DNA of 52,864 nt, the filler included, from Basidioascus undulatus (lineage: Eukaryota), in assembly GCA_000826855.1 (NCBI GenBank). It is 3 parts of 3 records of this genome, joined end to end, with 100 filler letters (N's around TTAATTAATTAA, not from the genome) between each part and the next. Parts side by side here need not be neighbours in the genome. Positions count along the whole stretch, not along the records: positions 1 to 17,559 come from JTLS01000526.1; 2 more parts are not named here. One strand, written 5' to 3'. The notes under the pieces are model-generated. The model was not told the DNA's origin. It made no database searches and saw only the letters and a list, made by a program, of their open reading frames with translations. Below are positions 1 through 12,410 of the stretch, piece after piece; the first letter of the stretch is position 1, and each line of letters starts with the position of its first letter. A program made the position numbers and the translations under genes.

Positions 1-229
1 ACCTCCGCTTCCAGTCCTCCGCCGTCCTCGCCCTCCAGGAGGCGTCTGAGGCTTACCTCGTCTCCTTGTTCGAGGACACCAACGTTCGTATATCTTGAAT
101 GTCTGGTCTCAATCCTTTTACTGACGTACCTTCGGTGTTCTCCAGCTTGCGGCCATCCACGCCAAGCGTGTCACCATCCAGACCAAGGACATCCAGCTTG
201 CCCGCCGTCTCCGTGGCGAGCGTCTCTGA
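1..229 (+). CDS. HHT1: Histone H3, 3' part (5' end outside window)
   Basis: Spliced translation (intron 84-145): [55 protein letters not shown], the canonical H3 histone-fold C-terminus. Confidence 0.97.
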
Positions 230-1179
230 GTGTGATGTGGCTTCCCTTGTACTTTATACCCTTCGGCAGTTGTATTAGTATTTTTAGCGATCGAAAGAGC
301 TTCGAGCGCTACCTTTCTGTATCGTCTGCAACTAGCACCGGTGATTTGTGTTATGCATGTCCATGAGTGCGTCAGAATACAGCTGAAAAATGAAAGAGGG
401 ATGTAAGAACCCACGAAGTCCAGCTTCGCAGCTATCGCGCCGTGGTACATCCTGCATCCCACCCCGCCATCAGTCGTCCATCACCGCATGAAAAAAGAAA
501 CTCGCGGAGACATGGACGTACTTGTTCGCCCCCTGGATCGCACCTCGGTCCTTGAGCAGGCTCCCCAGATTCGTCCAGATATGCGCGAGATTCTGGTCGA
601 GTCTCTATTCCACCACACAGTGAAGACGCGTGTGCTCTCAACCAGTCTCTCGTATTAGCATTCAAGAAGTTCATCCCACTTATCCTGTGACCGCTCTGTG
701 CCAAGATGCCCCCCCTGGTCACTTGCGATGCGATGCTATTCAGTAGGGCCAGAGCCACACAAGAACGAAGCAGGCCAGAACAGTGGAGATCCAAGGACAT
801 TTGGTCAAAGCAACCGGCTACGCGATAGAACTCAATTTGTTGATGGAACTCAATCTATTACCAGGCTGGAAAGGAAATGGCTGGGAGGAGGCAGGAAGGA
901 AGGGACGGGAGCGCTGCGCAGTTGGCGCCTGGTGGACATCGACAGCGACTCGGAGGTAAGCGACGCACCGACGCTCGCGTATGATAACCAACATTGATAT
1001 CTCCCCTATAGGTAATTAATCAGTCTATGTCTTGCTGGTCCAGTGGTCATGCGATTACAGGGCCCTTGGGTACCGTACATGCTATCTTCTTCGCTGCGAC
1101 GCAAACCGAGGAAGCCATGCAGGTGCCAAGATGGTCGCACATCGTGCATAAACGTCGCGCGGTCCCACTTGCCGGCCCC

Positions 1180-2156
1180 TCAATCGCGCTCCTCCTTCTT
1201 CTTCTCGTCCTCAAGCTCGCCCCGCTCCCGCCGTTCCCTCCGGCGCTTGACGTCCCAGTTCCACAGGCGCGCAGTGTTGACGTCCATGACGGTGATCTGC
1301 TCGCGAAGGTACTCGAGGTCCTCGATCGCGTTCTTGAGGCTCGTCTCGGCCGCGCGCAGCTTGGACGTCAGGAGCTCAATCGCTTGGTCCAGAGGGTAGG
1401 AGAGCATCGTGTTGGCCTGTGCACGGAGACAGAACGGTGGTTTCAGGACATGTGTTGAGAAATCAGCAGGTATGGGAAAAGATAGAGTGAGAAAAACGAA
1501 ACGCACCCCGAGCCACAGGTACACCGTGTCCGAATCCTCCAGCTCTGCCTCCGCGTACAGCGTGTCGTTCAGCTCGAACGTCGTCCGCAGCGGGCCCTTC
1601 TCCGCCTCCGCAGCGTCCTCATCCTCCAGCTCATCCTCATCGCCCTGCCCCGCCGCCTTCTCCTGTAATAGCACCCAGCGATACCGCCTCGCGTGAGCCT
1701 CGTCCACAAAGGGCCCGTTATCCAGTATCGCAAATAGCACGCACCCGCCGAGACTTCAGGAACTGCACCATCGCCAGCGTTTTCCGAATGTCCGGGATCT
1801 TCTCCTCCAGCGACCGTCTCCGCTGCTCGGTAGACATCTCCATGAACCGGTACTTCCTGTCCTTCCCGCAACCGGCAATCAGCCAACTTCCATCCACGTC
1901 TCTGCCTTCCTCAGCCAGCCCACTTACGCAGCCATCTCCTGGAAATCCCTCAAGGGCTTGTCCGTGTCCGCATCTTGCCCGCCAATGTGCTCCACCACGT
2001 CGTGCTGCGGTACCGCCGGAGGAGGGTTCAGCTGGGCGGAGGAGGGGCTTGTGGACTGGGGAGGATACGCACGACGAAGGGCGCTTTGGGGATGCCCCGC
2101 GGGTTCGCCTCGATCGAGCGCCCAGATGGCGTCTTGGCGGGTACGGACGACGCCAT
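1180..2156 (-). CDS. PAC10: Prefoldin subunit 3 (Pac10/Gim2/VBP1), multi-exon
   Basis: MASS..NPRGIPKAPFV, KYRFME..LEEKIPDIRKTLAMVQFL, TTFELNDTLYAEAE..VYLWLG|ANTMLSY, EDLEYLREQITVMDVNTARLWNWDVKRRR match PFD3 motifs. Confidence 0.95.
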
Positions 2157-2807
2157 GGATATGTTTGGCGAGTGAAAATGGGCGAGATTAAGGACGGTGT
2201 GCGTAAGAGTGAAGACGCATGAGGGAGAAGGGAGAACACGAACTGGAGAGCTCGCGGCCCGGTGCCGGCTTGCTGTGGCGCCAAATAACAATACTTGTGA
2301 AGAACACGGTAATACCTTTCTTGCGCACTTTTGAACCGATTTAAGTAGTCTTCCAACTTGTCATAAAGCTTGAATCATCCAGTTATAAGGCAACAAGCCG
2401 CACAACAGCAGCGGGCAGTTTGCATGCAAACTGCTTCGCTTCAAGTTCGCCTCCTGTTACTTTCCTCGGCGTGAGCGGACATGAACACGTGGACCTAGGG
2501 ATGACATACATAATATTTCGCAAAACAACTCTTGAGAAAGGGCTGCACACCCTCCGATCAGCCAAGCGCTGCATCGCCAGCGGCGCCCGACCAAGCCGAA
2601 CTTTCAGGCGGTGCGGAGATTACGACAAGTCCACTGCCCACTCCAAGACCACAGGTACACCAATCTAGCACCTGCATGGCTCTACTTTTAGCGGCATAAG
2701 CTCCTCTTGCAGCGGGTATACTGGAGAATCATCCCAGGCACAGCTGTGCAGCGTCCGCCCTTGACGTCTGCACTAGCGTCGGTGCAGCCTGCTGCCGCCG
2801 CGGAACT

Positions 2808-2814
2808 TATAAGA
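2808..2814 (+). promoter_or_regulatory. Putative TATA-like box of the RlpA-like gene
   Basis: TATAAGA about 100 nt upstream of ATG 2911, followed by a CT-rich tract. Confidence 0.35.
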
Positions 2815-2910
2815 ACCGGTCTTTTCCATCTCTTGCTCCTTCATAACTCTTTCCTGTCCACTCTTCATCCAACCTTCATCTCCCCTCCCCCGCGCCACAA
2901 CCACACCAAC

Positions 2911-3587
2911 ATGTTCAAGCAGTTCATCGCCGCTGCCGCTCTCGCTGCGTGAGCCTGGCTTCTACGAATGCCGACACGCTGTACTCCTATCTGCGGGCCT
3001 CACACGCTAACATATCCTCTTCAATGCAGGACCACCCTGGCTTACACCGGGGAGGCAACGTACACAAGCATTGGTCTTGGTGCCTGCGGTTACACAAAGT
3101 AATCATCATTCCTCCTTGTTGCGACACGCAGCTCAAGTGGATAGTCTCTTTCAGCAACGACTCGGAGCTTGTGGCCCTCCTCTCCTCCCAGCTGTTTGAT
3201 TCCTACCCCGGCGCTGGGGACAACCCGAATGCCAATTACGCTTGCAACTCCCCCTCTCAGTTAGACAGATACAGGCTGACGAGCGCACCGACAGCCCAAT
3301 CTGCGGGAAGACGCTCACTGCATCCTATGGGAACGAGACCTACGCCAATCACGTCTCCGTAACGGTCATCGACCGCTCGACTGGAATCGAAGAGCAGGAT
3401 CTGAACCTTTCGGTGCGTCTCCAGCTTTCCATGCCTTTCGGGTTCGGGGTTGGCACGAGAGCTCATTCAGTCTGGACTTGAGCAGCCCGCTGCCTTCGGA
3501 GCTCTCGTTTCCGGCCTGACCGTAAACGGAGCGACGGGCCTTGACATTGGTCGCATTTCCGGGGTAACCTGGGAGTTCGATGTTTGA
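2911..3587 (+). CDS. Secreted RlpA-like double-psi beta-barrel (expansin-related/loosenin-like) protein
   Basis: Signal peptide MFKQFIAAAALA.., then YTGEATYTSIGLGACG|NDSELVALL..FDSYPGAGDNPNAN|PICGKTLTASY..VSVTVIDRSTGIEEQDLNLS|PAAFGAL..GRISGVTWEFDV*; 4 GT-AG introns. Confidence 0.88.
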
Positions 3588-4142
3588 GGTACTAGGTCGG
3601 AATCGGGAGGAAAGGTGGGAAGAGAGAGTCGGAAGGAGGAGATTGCTAAGGAGATGCGGAACCGGACGCTGCCTTTTTATTTTTTACTTATTTTATTTAT
3701 ACTTTGTAGTCCTTTTTGACTCCATGAACAATTGGATGGGAAAGTGCATAGTGGGAGCGCTGCATACTCCGGACACAGTCAAGGTACACTTAAGTTACTG
3801 TGATCTATCCACTCAAGAAGCTAGCTCGACTTACTGGAGGGGTCAACTGGGTTACCGAGACCAGTTGGAAGTGTATTCTTGGGCGTGACCTCCGAAAGAC
3901 AGTCGGACGACGTCAGCGCAAGGTGTGAACTTAGGCGTTTGCACCTTCGATTCTACTCGATTGCACATGTGTATACGGTACATATGAATCTTTCTATTCT
4001 GCACAATGGATTAAGCACAGCGAAGGTTGGAAGGCGTGGCAAGCAGCGCGGAAAACAAGACCTACATAACCTGAGGCGAAGCCCGACCCATCCCTTCTCC
4101 CTTCCTCTCATCCTTCATCCCTCGCTTGGCCTCTGTACCACA

Positions 4143-5142
4143 ATGTCGCGTACGACCACCACCATGTTACAGTCGTCCACCGCCACGCTGCGCAGGTCTC
4201 GTGCCATGTCACCCGTATCTGTCCTTCTCGACATCCTTCACCTCATCGTCGACTTCGTCGCGGCGCCGGCCCACCCCCTCGCATAATGCCGCGACGCACC
4301 CACGCTAGCTGCTCTGTGCCTCGTCAATCATTCAATCTACTCCATTGCGCTGCCGGCGCTCTACTCCTCGATCGATATCTCCGAGCGGGAGCAAATCGAA
4401 CTCCGCACGTTCCGTCGAATGTCTAGTTTCAAAGGACGGCGGACACCGCTTGTTCACTCATGGTCGACGTTCACTTGCCCAGCGAACGATGATAGCGAAG
4501 AGGACTCGGACGCGTATGACTACTAGCGGCCTCCCCGTGCAGCTGACAACTTAGCGCCCGAGCTGCTGGGGATCTGGAGTGCCCTCGGCCCTGGCCTTAG
4601 GCGACTTTCACTCAATCTCAAGGACTCGTGCTTTTACCACTTCTCGATGCGCGAAATGCAATGCGCGTCTTCCCTTGAGAAACTATCCTGGTTGGAGGTG
4701 ATTTCAGCCCGCGACCATTCGATCTACCTCCGTCGATCGTCCGCCTTTGCATGTCCACGGAACCTCCTACATGCCGGACCTATCCATCTATCCCGGACTT
4801 CCGAACCTAAGCTCTCTGCTATTCGTTTCTCGGTACCTTCCGTTCATCAATGACGACGACGGTGCGGACGTATTGGCTTTTCTCGAGGTCCTGCGCCGCG
4901 CCGCTGCGCTGAGGCGCGTGGACTTTATCGTGTGGAATGATGAGGGCGACTTCAGCGAGAATGGGTGCGAAGACGAGCTGCGCGAATTGGAGCAGTTGTT
5001 TGCAGAGAGCCTCTGGGCTTTTTCAAACGTCGTGATGGCGGCTCCTGTGAAGAAGCCTCGCTGGGCGCGGACGCTTCCGGAGTGGGTTATGGGTTGGGCT
5101 AGGAATGGGAGGCTGTGGCATTTCAACCGTGCGTTGAGATGA
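4143..5142 (+). pseudogene. F-box-like/LRR protein pseudogene
   Basis: Read-through gives PVSVLLDILHLIVDFV..A*CRDAPTLAALCLVNHSIYSIALPALYSSIDI, the basidiomycete F-box-like pattern. In-frame TAA 4284-4286, TAG 4524-4526 and a frame change near 4740-4800. Confidence 0.65.
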
Positions 5143-6217
5143 AACTCTGTACGATATGCACGATTGTGTACCGCAGCAAGGGGCATCGGGCTACAGAATG
5201 CGTGCGCTTCAAGGGATCACGAGATGATTTAAATTTTTGCTGTATACATCACCGTTTGCTGGCCGCGAAGCACGCCCATTAGCCATTGGGTAATCCGACC
5301 ACGCAGCGCCAGCCCCTTCTCGTGACATTGCCAAAGCCTTGTGCGTGTACTCAATTGAGGCTCCGTGAGGAGACCCAAACGTTGTCGATAATCTGAGAAG
5401 GTATCCTTTGACTGCGCCAAGATGAAGCTCAAACCGTCGTTGGTGAACTGCGAACATCCTGCCCAATCAGGGCAGGCAATAGGAGAACAACGATGAAAGA
5501 CAACATACGACTAGAAGCGATGCATCGCAGGTGTGAACTGTGACTCTGTCCGAAAAAGTGACGAGCGAATGCGACAGACCCGTTAATGCTCGAGGACGCT
5601 TGCATTAACGGGGTGCCCTTATTATACGCCGGAGGAGGGCACGGTGCCTGTGTGGCTCGAGGTGACGAAGACGTACTAGGGCTACGCCTGGCATGCGGCG
5701 GCAGTGCGTCGGTGCGTTGACGAGTCATTATGGCTCTGTTTTTGAATGTCGAGGAGGTAGCTCAGAGCATCCCGGGTCACCCATTCCCTGTTCAGTATTC
5801 ATCGCTTCGTCAGACGCGCCGCGCCTTGCAAGGAACGTTCCACCATTCCTGATAACGGATTTTAAGTTCCCGATCCAAGGCCTACTTAGCATTCGGCAAA
5901 GGGAAAAGAGGTGAAGACGTGCTTGGCCTTGGGAAAGCGTCGATCGAAGAGCGAGCGTCGATCGAAAGGCGAACCACAGGCCCATGGCGTGAGAGGGTGG
6001 TCTGCGCCTGAGCAGCGGCGGGAAGGCCTCGGAGAGGGAATGAAGGCGCACGGCAGGATAAACTGGGGGAGAAGGCAGTCACGCCGCTACAGCTTGCCGA
6101 GCGGACGGTGAGTGCGAGGGTGACGCGATAAGGGCGGAGCGAGCCCAAGCGAGCGAAGCAATGGAAAGGGTATACGTGTGTTCTATCGTTCATGGACCGC
6201 CCCATGCACCGCCTCCA

Positions 6218-6903
6218 TCAGACAAGCCTCCGGTCGGTCATCACGCGCACGATGCACCCCGTTCCGGCTACCTCAGTCAACTGGCACACCGCCGCATCTT
6301 CATCAGCACGCGACCGCGCGGCCGAATCACAAGCAGCAGCGCACCTTCTCATGCCAGCTTAGCAACACGCTCCCGCTCGACTCGGCGCCAGGAAGGGCCA
6401 TGCCCTTGTAGATGTACTTCATGAGCGTGTCCTGCTGCTCGGGGTCGAGCGCGCGGACCAGGTTCGGGATGTCCGACGTCCGGGTCGAGCTGAGGATAGA
6501 GAGGAGGGCTTGGATAGTAATGTTCTGGTAATAAGGGAAGGGTCAGAAGTGAGCGCCGGCGCAAAGGGATGGAAGGGAGGATGGACGCACCTTGGCGTCT
6601 TCGACTGTGGGGCCGTATGGAGGTTCGGAGAGGATGAGGGCTAGGGCGCCCGCTGCGTCCCCCCTGGTCCCGGTAGCCCCTCCGTCAGAACAAATGCTCT
6701 CTACCGGGAATTCCAGTAGATACGCACCTGTTCAGCAAGTTCCTCGCCCCATCCTGCTTGGCCTGCGCGTCCGCCAGTGCCTGCTCCGGGCTGCGTGGGT
6801 CCACGTCGTACAGCTCCGCGTCGGTCACATAGTCCTCCTCGAGCGCGTCAATGTCGATCTTCCGGAACGCGGTGTCGTCGTATGCGGAGGTCGTAGCGGA
6901 CAT
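6218..6903 (-). CDS. ARC15: Arp2/3 complex subunit 5 (ARPC5/p16-Arc)
   Basis: FRKIDIDALEED.., GALALILSEPPYG, QDTLMKYIYKGM, SVLLSWHEK|LTEVAGTGCIVRVMTDRRLV*; 3 introns. Confidence 0.95.
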
Positions 6904-8383
6904 GGTGGACGGTTATCAAGGTGCGGTTAAGGTAAGGTACTGATGGATAGGAAGACGGACGCTGGCGAGCGATGACGGCGCGCTGGCTCCGGGCCGACGA
7001 GGCAGGCTAGCCGGCGATAAGAATTCGGACTCGGCGATTGCAGGTGCAACGGCTTCCTGGGACAGTGCTTTCTGCAACCACATCTGACACGCCCTCAAGT
7101 CAGAAAGGTATATTCAAGAATCAGGAGTTGGATCCAGTTCGTGGCACTTGGACGAATGGCGACGTGGGTGTCGCCAGGCTCAGATGAAGGGGCTAAAACG
7201 ACAACAGCCATCATGTTTCTAGCCTTTGCTGGGTGAATCACATACAGCATTACTGTTAGAAAGAAGTTGATATATTATGGGGGTGAGGAAAGTCAATGGG
7301 AGGTGGATGGACCAAGGCGCTTGTCTTGCAGCGGTCGGATGAGATGACTGACACCTCAGCACAAGTTCACAGCGTCAACGGGTCTTCAGAAGACTGTTCC
7401 GACGTGTGTCCGCTGATCTGCGTATACATTCATCAAAGGAACTGGTTTCATTCATCCTTTAACCAAAGAGATGGGGAGAGTAATTCGCACTTCAAACTCT
7501 GAACGCGACTGCAGCTCGATCTCAATGTGCTCGAGGAAACGTCGCGTCGAAGAGCTTTGCATTTTTCTTACTGTCAACAGCTTATGAATTTTACAGTAGT
7601 ATTGGCGTTTACGTATTGCCCTATACCAATTAGAAAGGTGGACCTACATCGCGAAGTGCTCAAGTCACGCTTGGGTTCTGACGCGACAGCTTGCGACAGT
7701 TTTCATTGCTTCGATTGTTCTGCAGCACCGTCACGATATTCAGCAACACTCAACATCAAGACCATGTGGCTGTGATGATGTAGAAGAGGCTTTTTCGGAT
7801 TGTTTTCATCCGCATGCAAACATACGACTTCACGTAAATGCTCGGGCCTGGCTCGGCCACCGTCTACGACGCTTGGGAGGCATCTCCGTCGGAAGACACA
7901 ACCACATTTACAAGTGCATCACAGTGGCTTTGCCCCTCTTTTTCCAGACCAAATACAGCCTCCTGATCAGATCACCCTGCTCGGGCCCGCGGGGACATCC
8001 TAATATTAGGTGAGGAGTAGGGGGTGAGATCGGTTCGCGTCGCACGTTGGCCAAATCGCTCGGCCTCGCTCGGGACTCTTGTCCCTTCTTAGCGAGGCGA
8101 ACATACCGCCTAGACAGCCCACACATTTAACGCACTCGTCCTCCTCTTCTCCCATCATCGTCCTTCTCAACACTACTATCGATTACTACCTTTAATAACC
8201 CCTTCCTTCACCGCCCTCCGCGCCGGCAGTCGTCACCGCACCCCTTTCACTCTCGCTCATCCTCCGCTCGCTGTATGTCCCGCTCATGATACCCTCTCAA
8301 ATCCGCACGAGCACATACTTTTTCATTCCCAGAACACCAACCACATACCAGCGACTGATTGTTCACCCCCTCCGCGCATCATC

Positions 8384-11300
8384 ATGCTGCCCTCGCTGCT
8401 CTCCGCAGCAGTCGTTTCGTCGATCCTCCTAGCACGCCCCGCCGCAGCCGCCTACAACGCGGACCACCCTTACCGCCCTTTAGTCCGACGCTCTGACATC
8501 TCACAAGACCCCTCGAAGCTTAACGGCAAGAACTTCGACTTTGTCGTCATTGGCGGCGGTGTCGCGGGTCTGGCGATTGCTGCGCGACTGTCGGGTGAGT
8601 TTCAGATGTCTACTTCACATGAAAGCTAGGAGTGGAAACGATTTAGGCTACATCTTTTTACACGGTTTTTGGGTTTCGAATAACTCGTTACTGACCACGT
8701 CTTTCACACAGAAAACAAGGACTTTACCGTCGCAGTGATTGAGGCGGGCGGGGATGGCAGCGAGCCCGACATTCATGACAAGGTGCCTTGCTCCCATTCA
8801 CCTCGCTCTCGTTCCGGTATAACCCTTACCCCTATAAATAGATTTACATCCCCGGATACTCGTACCTCAACGGCCTGACCGTCTCCGACTACGACTGGGA
8901 CTACCGGACAGTGCAGCAGTCCGAGGTAGACGGCAAGTCGACCACCTTCGAGAACCGTTGGCCTCGCGGTAAGGGTCTCGGCGGTTCGGGTGCGGTGCGT
9001 CTCTTTTCTCTGCCGGGAGAGAGAGTTCCTCAAGACTATATCTCTTATGTATCCTCCTGCAGATCAACGGTCTCTTCTGGTGCCGCGCTTCCAAACCCGA
9101 GTACGATGCGTGGAACGACCTGAACCCGAACGGCGAGGAGGACTGGAGCTTTGACGAACTGCAGCGATACATGATGAAGGTGAGCCTATTTTTTCCAGGG
9201 TTTAATTTCGGCGGTGAAAATTGCCGCAGTGCTAATATCACTTTCGGCATCGGTAGAGCGAGACGTTCCACCCGCCGACGCAGGAGCAGCAGGACACTTT
9301 CCACATCCAGTACGACACTTCTGTGCACGGCCAGGACGGCCCCATCCAGGTAAGTTTCTTCTAATTTTTTTCGGCGCCCTTGATGCCATACCGAATCCGA
9401 ACCTTCGCAGGTCGGCTACCCCTACTTCATCTACGACTCCGTCAAGCACTGGATTCCGGCATATGAGGCTCTCGGCGTCCCCGTCCCGAAGGTGCGCTCA
9501 TTGCTATGCTTGTCCAATTTCCAGAAGCAGTCCCTCGCTCACAGTCATTCTTTGCAGGACGGCGCTTCTGGCAACAACCGCGGCCCCGTTATCACGCCCT
9601 CGACCATCAACCTGGCCAACATGTCCCGCTCCGACCCCAAGGCTGGCTACATCGACCCGATCGGCCAGCGCGACAACGTAAGGATCACTTTTATGGACCT
9701 TTGATTTCAACGATATTCTTACTGACGAAACTTCGAACAGCTGGTCATCCTCACGAACCACCTCGCCACCAAGATCAACTGGAAGGGCGACAAGAACGGC
9801 GACAAACTCGTCGCCGAGTCGGTCGTATGTCTTATTTCATGAGTGCTGTTTGGGTCCGATAGATCTCTGACGAAATTCTCGAACAATTTCGCAGGAGTTC
9901 GGCAAGTCCAAGGACGAGCTTTACACTGTCTACGTCAACAAGGAGGTCATCATGGCCGGCGGGTGAGCACTTCGTTTCCGGTACTACCGCTGTGCCACTA
10001 GTTACATAAATCTCCTCATCTGTCACACAGCACTGTGAACACTCCCCAGACGCTCCAGCTCTCCGGCGTCGGTCCCCGTAGCCTGCTCGAGGGTCTGGGC
10101 ATCGAGGTCAGGGCCGAATCTCCCGGTGTCGGTCACAACCTCCAGGACCACGCTGCGACTGCGGTATACTTCAAGAGCAACGTCGCCGAGACCTGGTTTG
10201 AGCTCAAGGATGCGGGCCTCGCCGACTCGGAGCTCGGCAAGTGGCGCCAGAACGGCCAGTCCAAGTGGTCTTTCGTACGTTGAACTTTCTTACTCCATCC
10301 GTTTAGGCTCTACGATCCACCCGGATCTAGGTATCATGTTGATGGACGTGTTGGTTTTCAGATCAACCAAGCCATCGGTTACCCGGCCGCGCAGGACATC
10401 ATGAAGGACGTCCAGGGCTTCGTCAACAACGTCAACTCGCAGCTTGACGCCTACGTTGGCAAGGTCCAGCAGATGTGAGCCGCACCCTGTAATATTCCAA
10501 ATCTCAGGCAGAAGGCTGAAGGTCATAAAAGGTACGGCGAGAACCCTACTGTCATCCAGGGCATGCGCAAGCAGTGGGACATCACCGCCAACAAGTTCCT
10601 CAACTCCGAGGTTGGCCAGCTTGAGATCCTCATGACCATGCTCGGTGAGTGCTGAAACTTGATCTAGCGATGCTGATACGGCTGAAGCCTCTGCTGTTTA
10701 GGTGGTGGTCCGTACGAGATGGGCTTCCAGGTTGCGCTGCAGCACCCGTTCAGGTGGGTCTCACGCCGAGCACCTTAGCCGAGGCTGTGGCTCTGAACCT
10801 TTCAATACCTCGGCAGCCGTGGCACCATCCTCATCAACTCTGCGGACCCCTTCACCCCTCCTGAGATTAACCGTACGGCAACAATGTTTCCCCACATAAG
10901 GGTGCCTGTCAATGACTTTCTTCGCTCTCTTCAGCCGGCTACCTGACCAACCATGCCGATGTCGAGATCCTCCGTGCCGGCGTCCGTTTCGCGATCGCGC
11001 TCTCCAAGGCGGGTGAAATGGGCGACTACATCGCCGAGCAGCTCAACTACCAGGACCAGAGCGACGAGGCGATCGACGCTCAGATCCGCAGCGACGCGCA
11101 CACCGAGTTCCACCCGGTGGGCACGGCTGCCATGCTCCCCCAGGAGGACGGCGGTGTCGTCGACACCCGCCTTCTTGTCTATGGGACGTCCAACGTCCGC
11201 ATTGTGGATGCCTCCGTGCGTCGTTCGCCTATCTGCTCCCTTCGCTCTTCCTTCCCACCTCTTAGCTGACGACGTGCATTCCGAAGGTCATGCCCCTCGA

Positions 11301-11445
11301 GCTCTCAGCGCACTTGATGGCCACCACCTACGGTATCGCTGAGAAAGCTGCCGACATCATCAAGGCGCAGTACGGGCAGAACGGCGCCGCGACGGCTCGC
11401 CGCCACACCGCCCGCCGCAAGCGCTCGGGCAACCGCCAGATCTAG
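8384..11445 (+). CDS. Secreted GMC oxidoreductase (CAZy AA3_2, glucose oxidase/dehydrogenase/aryl-alcohol oxidase-like), about 15 introns
   Basis: Signal peptide; [20 protein letters not shown] (FAD-binding), [86 protein letters not shown] (His/His catalytic pair). Confidence 0.93.
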
Positions 11446-11874
11446 TCCTCTGTTTCTTTGATCGGGCTAGACGAATAGTTAGCAGGGTTGCATATTTTTA
11501 GAGCAATAATCAGTCCCTACCCAATTGCACTTATCCACGGACACTATTGTTACCCCTCTGCATTGAAATCGCGCAGAGCTGCAGCCGCAGACTCGCATGA
11601 AACATGAAAACCAGCCTGAATCTCCGAGCAACGACGAGCTTGCAATCAGTATTACCTTACAGAATGTCACTAATGGAACACTAGTTACTGGTTTTGCTTT
11701 TGGGAATGAAAATGAAAAACGCAGTGTATCACGCGCCTGAACGGACCCGTGCCGCGCTGTTGCTTTTGTTTCCGCGTAACTACTTCTGCCGCCACCGCTC
11801 TCTCCACATTCGACCATCACCGTCATCCTAGGACATTCCCGCACACCCCACCGTCTCCTTTAGAATTTAAACCG

Positions 11875-12410
11875 ATGCTCTCTCTTTGTCCGCGGCGTCC
11901 TGTTCGCCGCCATCCTGAGCGGCCCTCTCTTCGTCGGCGTCCTCCAGGCGTTGCCGGCGAACGCAACGCAGTGGCAATCTTTCTATGTTGGAAAAAGCTA
12001 ACGTACTTAGTTTCGGGGGTGGTCAGGCGATCACGCGCATTCAGTATGTCGAACCTCAGCTCTGCGCTCCGTTCGTGCTAGTTCTGATGAAAGTCTTCGT
12101 CACCAGGGCGCTCGAGCTCGCGCAGCCTCATTCGTATCACCTCTCCATGTCGCACGAGGTTGAAGGAACGGATATCTCCCTCGACAGCTGGTGCTCCCCT
12201 CCAACCGTCGTCCTGTCTCCCGGAAAGACCATGACCGACGTATCTTTCCGTGTCCAGTACGTCCCTGCGCTCGGCGTACATCTCCTTCCACCTGCACATG
12301 TCAATTATGCATGACCCTTGCGGCAGTGTCTTATAGTACTGCGGCCTCGCTAATTGTCTATGGCAGCTGCGCTTTAAGATGGAGGTCGATGGGATGCAAT
12401 TCCCAATGTG
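11875..12410 (+). pseudogene. Possible decayed small secreted-protein gene
   Basis: ATG 11875 is one base out of frame with a signal-peptide-like stretch (FVRGVLFAAILSGPLFVGVLQALP), followed by several intron-like GT..branch..AG segments. No recognisable family. Confidence 0.25.

Noticed and set aside
230..1170. ORFs between H3 and prefoldin
   Set aside because: No motifs or consistent splice structure; treated as intergenic/UTR.
5209..5630. TATA-like box plus MLSFIVVLLLPALIG signal-like peptide on the minus strand
   Set aside because: The frame closes after about 25 codons and no convincing exon chain follows.
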